Source: Coprobacillus sp. CAG:605 (GTDB lineage Bacteria > Bacillota_I > Bacilli_A > RF39 > UBA660). From it: a stretch of 64,000 nucleotides of DNA. The DNA is taken from NCBI GenBank assembly GCA_000433255.1, contig HF998225.1, positions 19,063-83,062 of the forward strand, written 5' to 3'. The notes below the pieces were generated by a model that was given only the letters and a program-made list of their open reading frames with translations, had not been told where the DNA came from and made no database searches. Positions within the stretch are counted from its first letter, which is position 1. Each line of letters starts with the position of its first letter. Both the position numbers and the translations under genes were made by a program. This document shows, in pieces, positions 63,233 through 64,000 of the stretch.

Positions 63233-64000
63233 CTACTTATCTAATTCTTCAATAGCTTTTTCTAATTCTTCTCTAGTCATCTTTTGATAACCTTTAATTC
63301 CTTTAGCTTTTGCTACTTCTTTTAGTTTTACCATCGTTGGTTCTGCACTAACTTGTGGCTCAACAGGACACATCTTGCCAGTTTCTACTAAACATTCAAT
63401 TTGTTCCTTAGTTAAAGTCTCATGTTCTACTAAGGCATCTGCAAGTAAGTGAACTAAATCTTCGTTTTCTTTTAAGATTTTAACTGCCTTATCATAGCAA
63501 TCTTCAATAATTTTACGAACAGCTTTATCAATTTCTAAAGCAACTTGGTCTGAGAAATTCTTAGTTTTATTATAATCTCTACCTAAGAAAACCCCTTCAC
63601 TTTCTTCTTCTAATTGCATTGGTCCTAAATCAGACATACCATATTTAGTTACCATACTACGAGCAATTCTTGTTGCTTTCTTAAAGTCATCACTAGCACC
63701 AGTAGTAGTTTCACCTAAGAATAATTTTTCTGAAGCTCGACCACCAAGTAACCCAGTAATTTGACATTCTAATTCTTCTTTAGTCATAATACCAATTTTA
63801 TCTTCTTTTGGAAGCATCATAGTATAACCACCAGCAACACCACGAGGAATAATAGTAATCTTATGTACTTCTTGAGCATCAGCAAGTTTAATACCAATAA
63901 CAGCATGACCAGATTCATGAATTGCTACTAAACGCTTTTCTTTTTCCGTAATCTTTCTTGAAGTCTTAGCAGGTCCCATTAAAACTCTATCTGTAGCTTC
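63233..64000 (-). CDS. ftsH: ATP-dependent zinc metalloprotease FtsH, C-terminal part (5' end lies outside the window)
   Basis: The frame stays open to the window edge (EATDRVLMGPAK...). The HESGHA zinc motif is present. The last approx 30 aa resemble a Rho_N/SAP-like helix-extended-helix. Confidence 0.9.
   Translation of the reverse strand, partial: EATDRVLMGPAKTSRKITEKEKRLVAIHESGHAVIGIKLADAQEVHKITIIPRGVAGGYTMMLPKEDKIGIMTKEELECQITGLLGGRASEKLFLGETTTGASDDFKKATRIARSMVTKYGMSDLGPMQLEEESEGVFLGRDYNKTKNFSDQVALEIDKAVRKIIEDCYDKAVKILKENEDLVHLLADALVEHETLTKEQIECLVETGKMCPVEPQVSAEPTMVKLKEVAKAKGIKGYQKMTREELEKAIEELDK

Overview
This is a very AT-rich Bacillota (Firmicutes)-type chromosomal segment that reads cleanly in the standard bacterial code. 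About 85% of the genes are on the minus strand. Gene content marks it as core, origin-proximal DNA from an endospore-former, because Spo0A, GerQ and WhiA are all recognisable. Core features are listed here. (1) A complete S10-spc-alpha ribosomal-protein cluster, rpsJ to rplQ, at 16.6-30.4 kb; it includes a 37-aa rpmJ missing from the ORF track and has no rpmD between rpsE and rplO. (2) Glycolytic genes gap, pgk and gpmI interleaved with spo0A. (3) clpP and whiA. (4) An ftsE-ftsX-M23 hydrolase module. (5) ung. (6) A tightly coupled rplI-dnaB-M23-walJ-rlmH string. (7) rpsF-ssb-rpsR, ychF, a DUF951 gene, parB-parA and the 3' part of ftsH. (8) One tRNA-Cys at 6076-6149 (+) and one tmRNA at 10347-10701 (-). 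No transposase, integrase, phage gene, CRISPR array or rRNA was seen. The unusual material sits in the first 15 kb. (a) A SipW-dependent fibre-like locus at 49-5018 has two tandem TasA/camelysin-like major paralogues sharing a near-identical promoter and signal-peptide block, a third minor paralogue, a tiny membrane protein, and a lipobox-bearing protein carrying more than 20 thrombospondin-type-3 Ca-binding repeats ending in a fourth TasA-like module. (b) A four-gene set at 6211-10166 includes a membrane-anchored protein with a degenerate HipA-like kinase signature. (c) A plus-strand operon at 10828-15207 encodes a membrane-anchored J-domain-like protein lacking HPD, a PT-linker protein, and a 724-aa surface protein with about 14 C-P-x-G-Y...G-x-x-C repeats. 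All family assignments are by-eye motif recognition; no searches were run.
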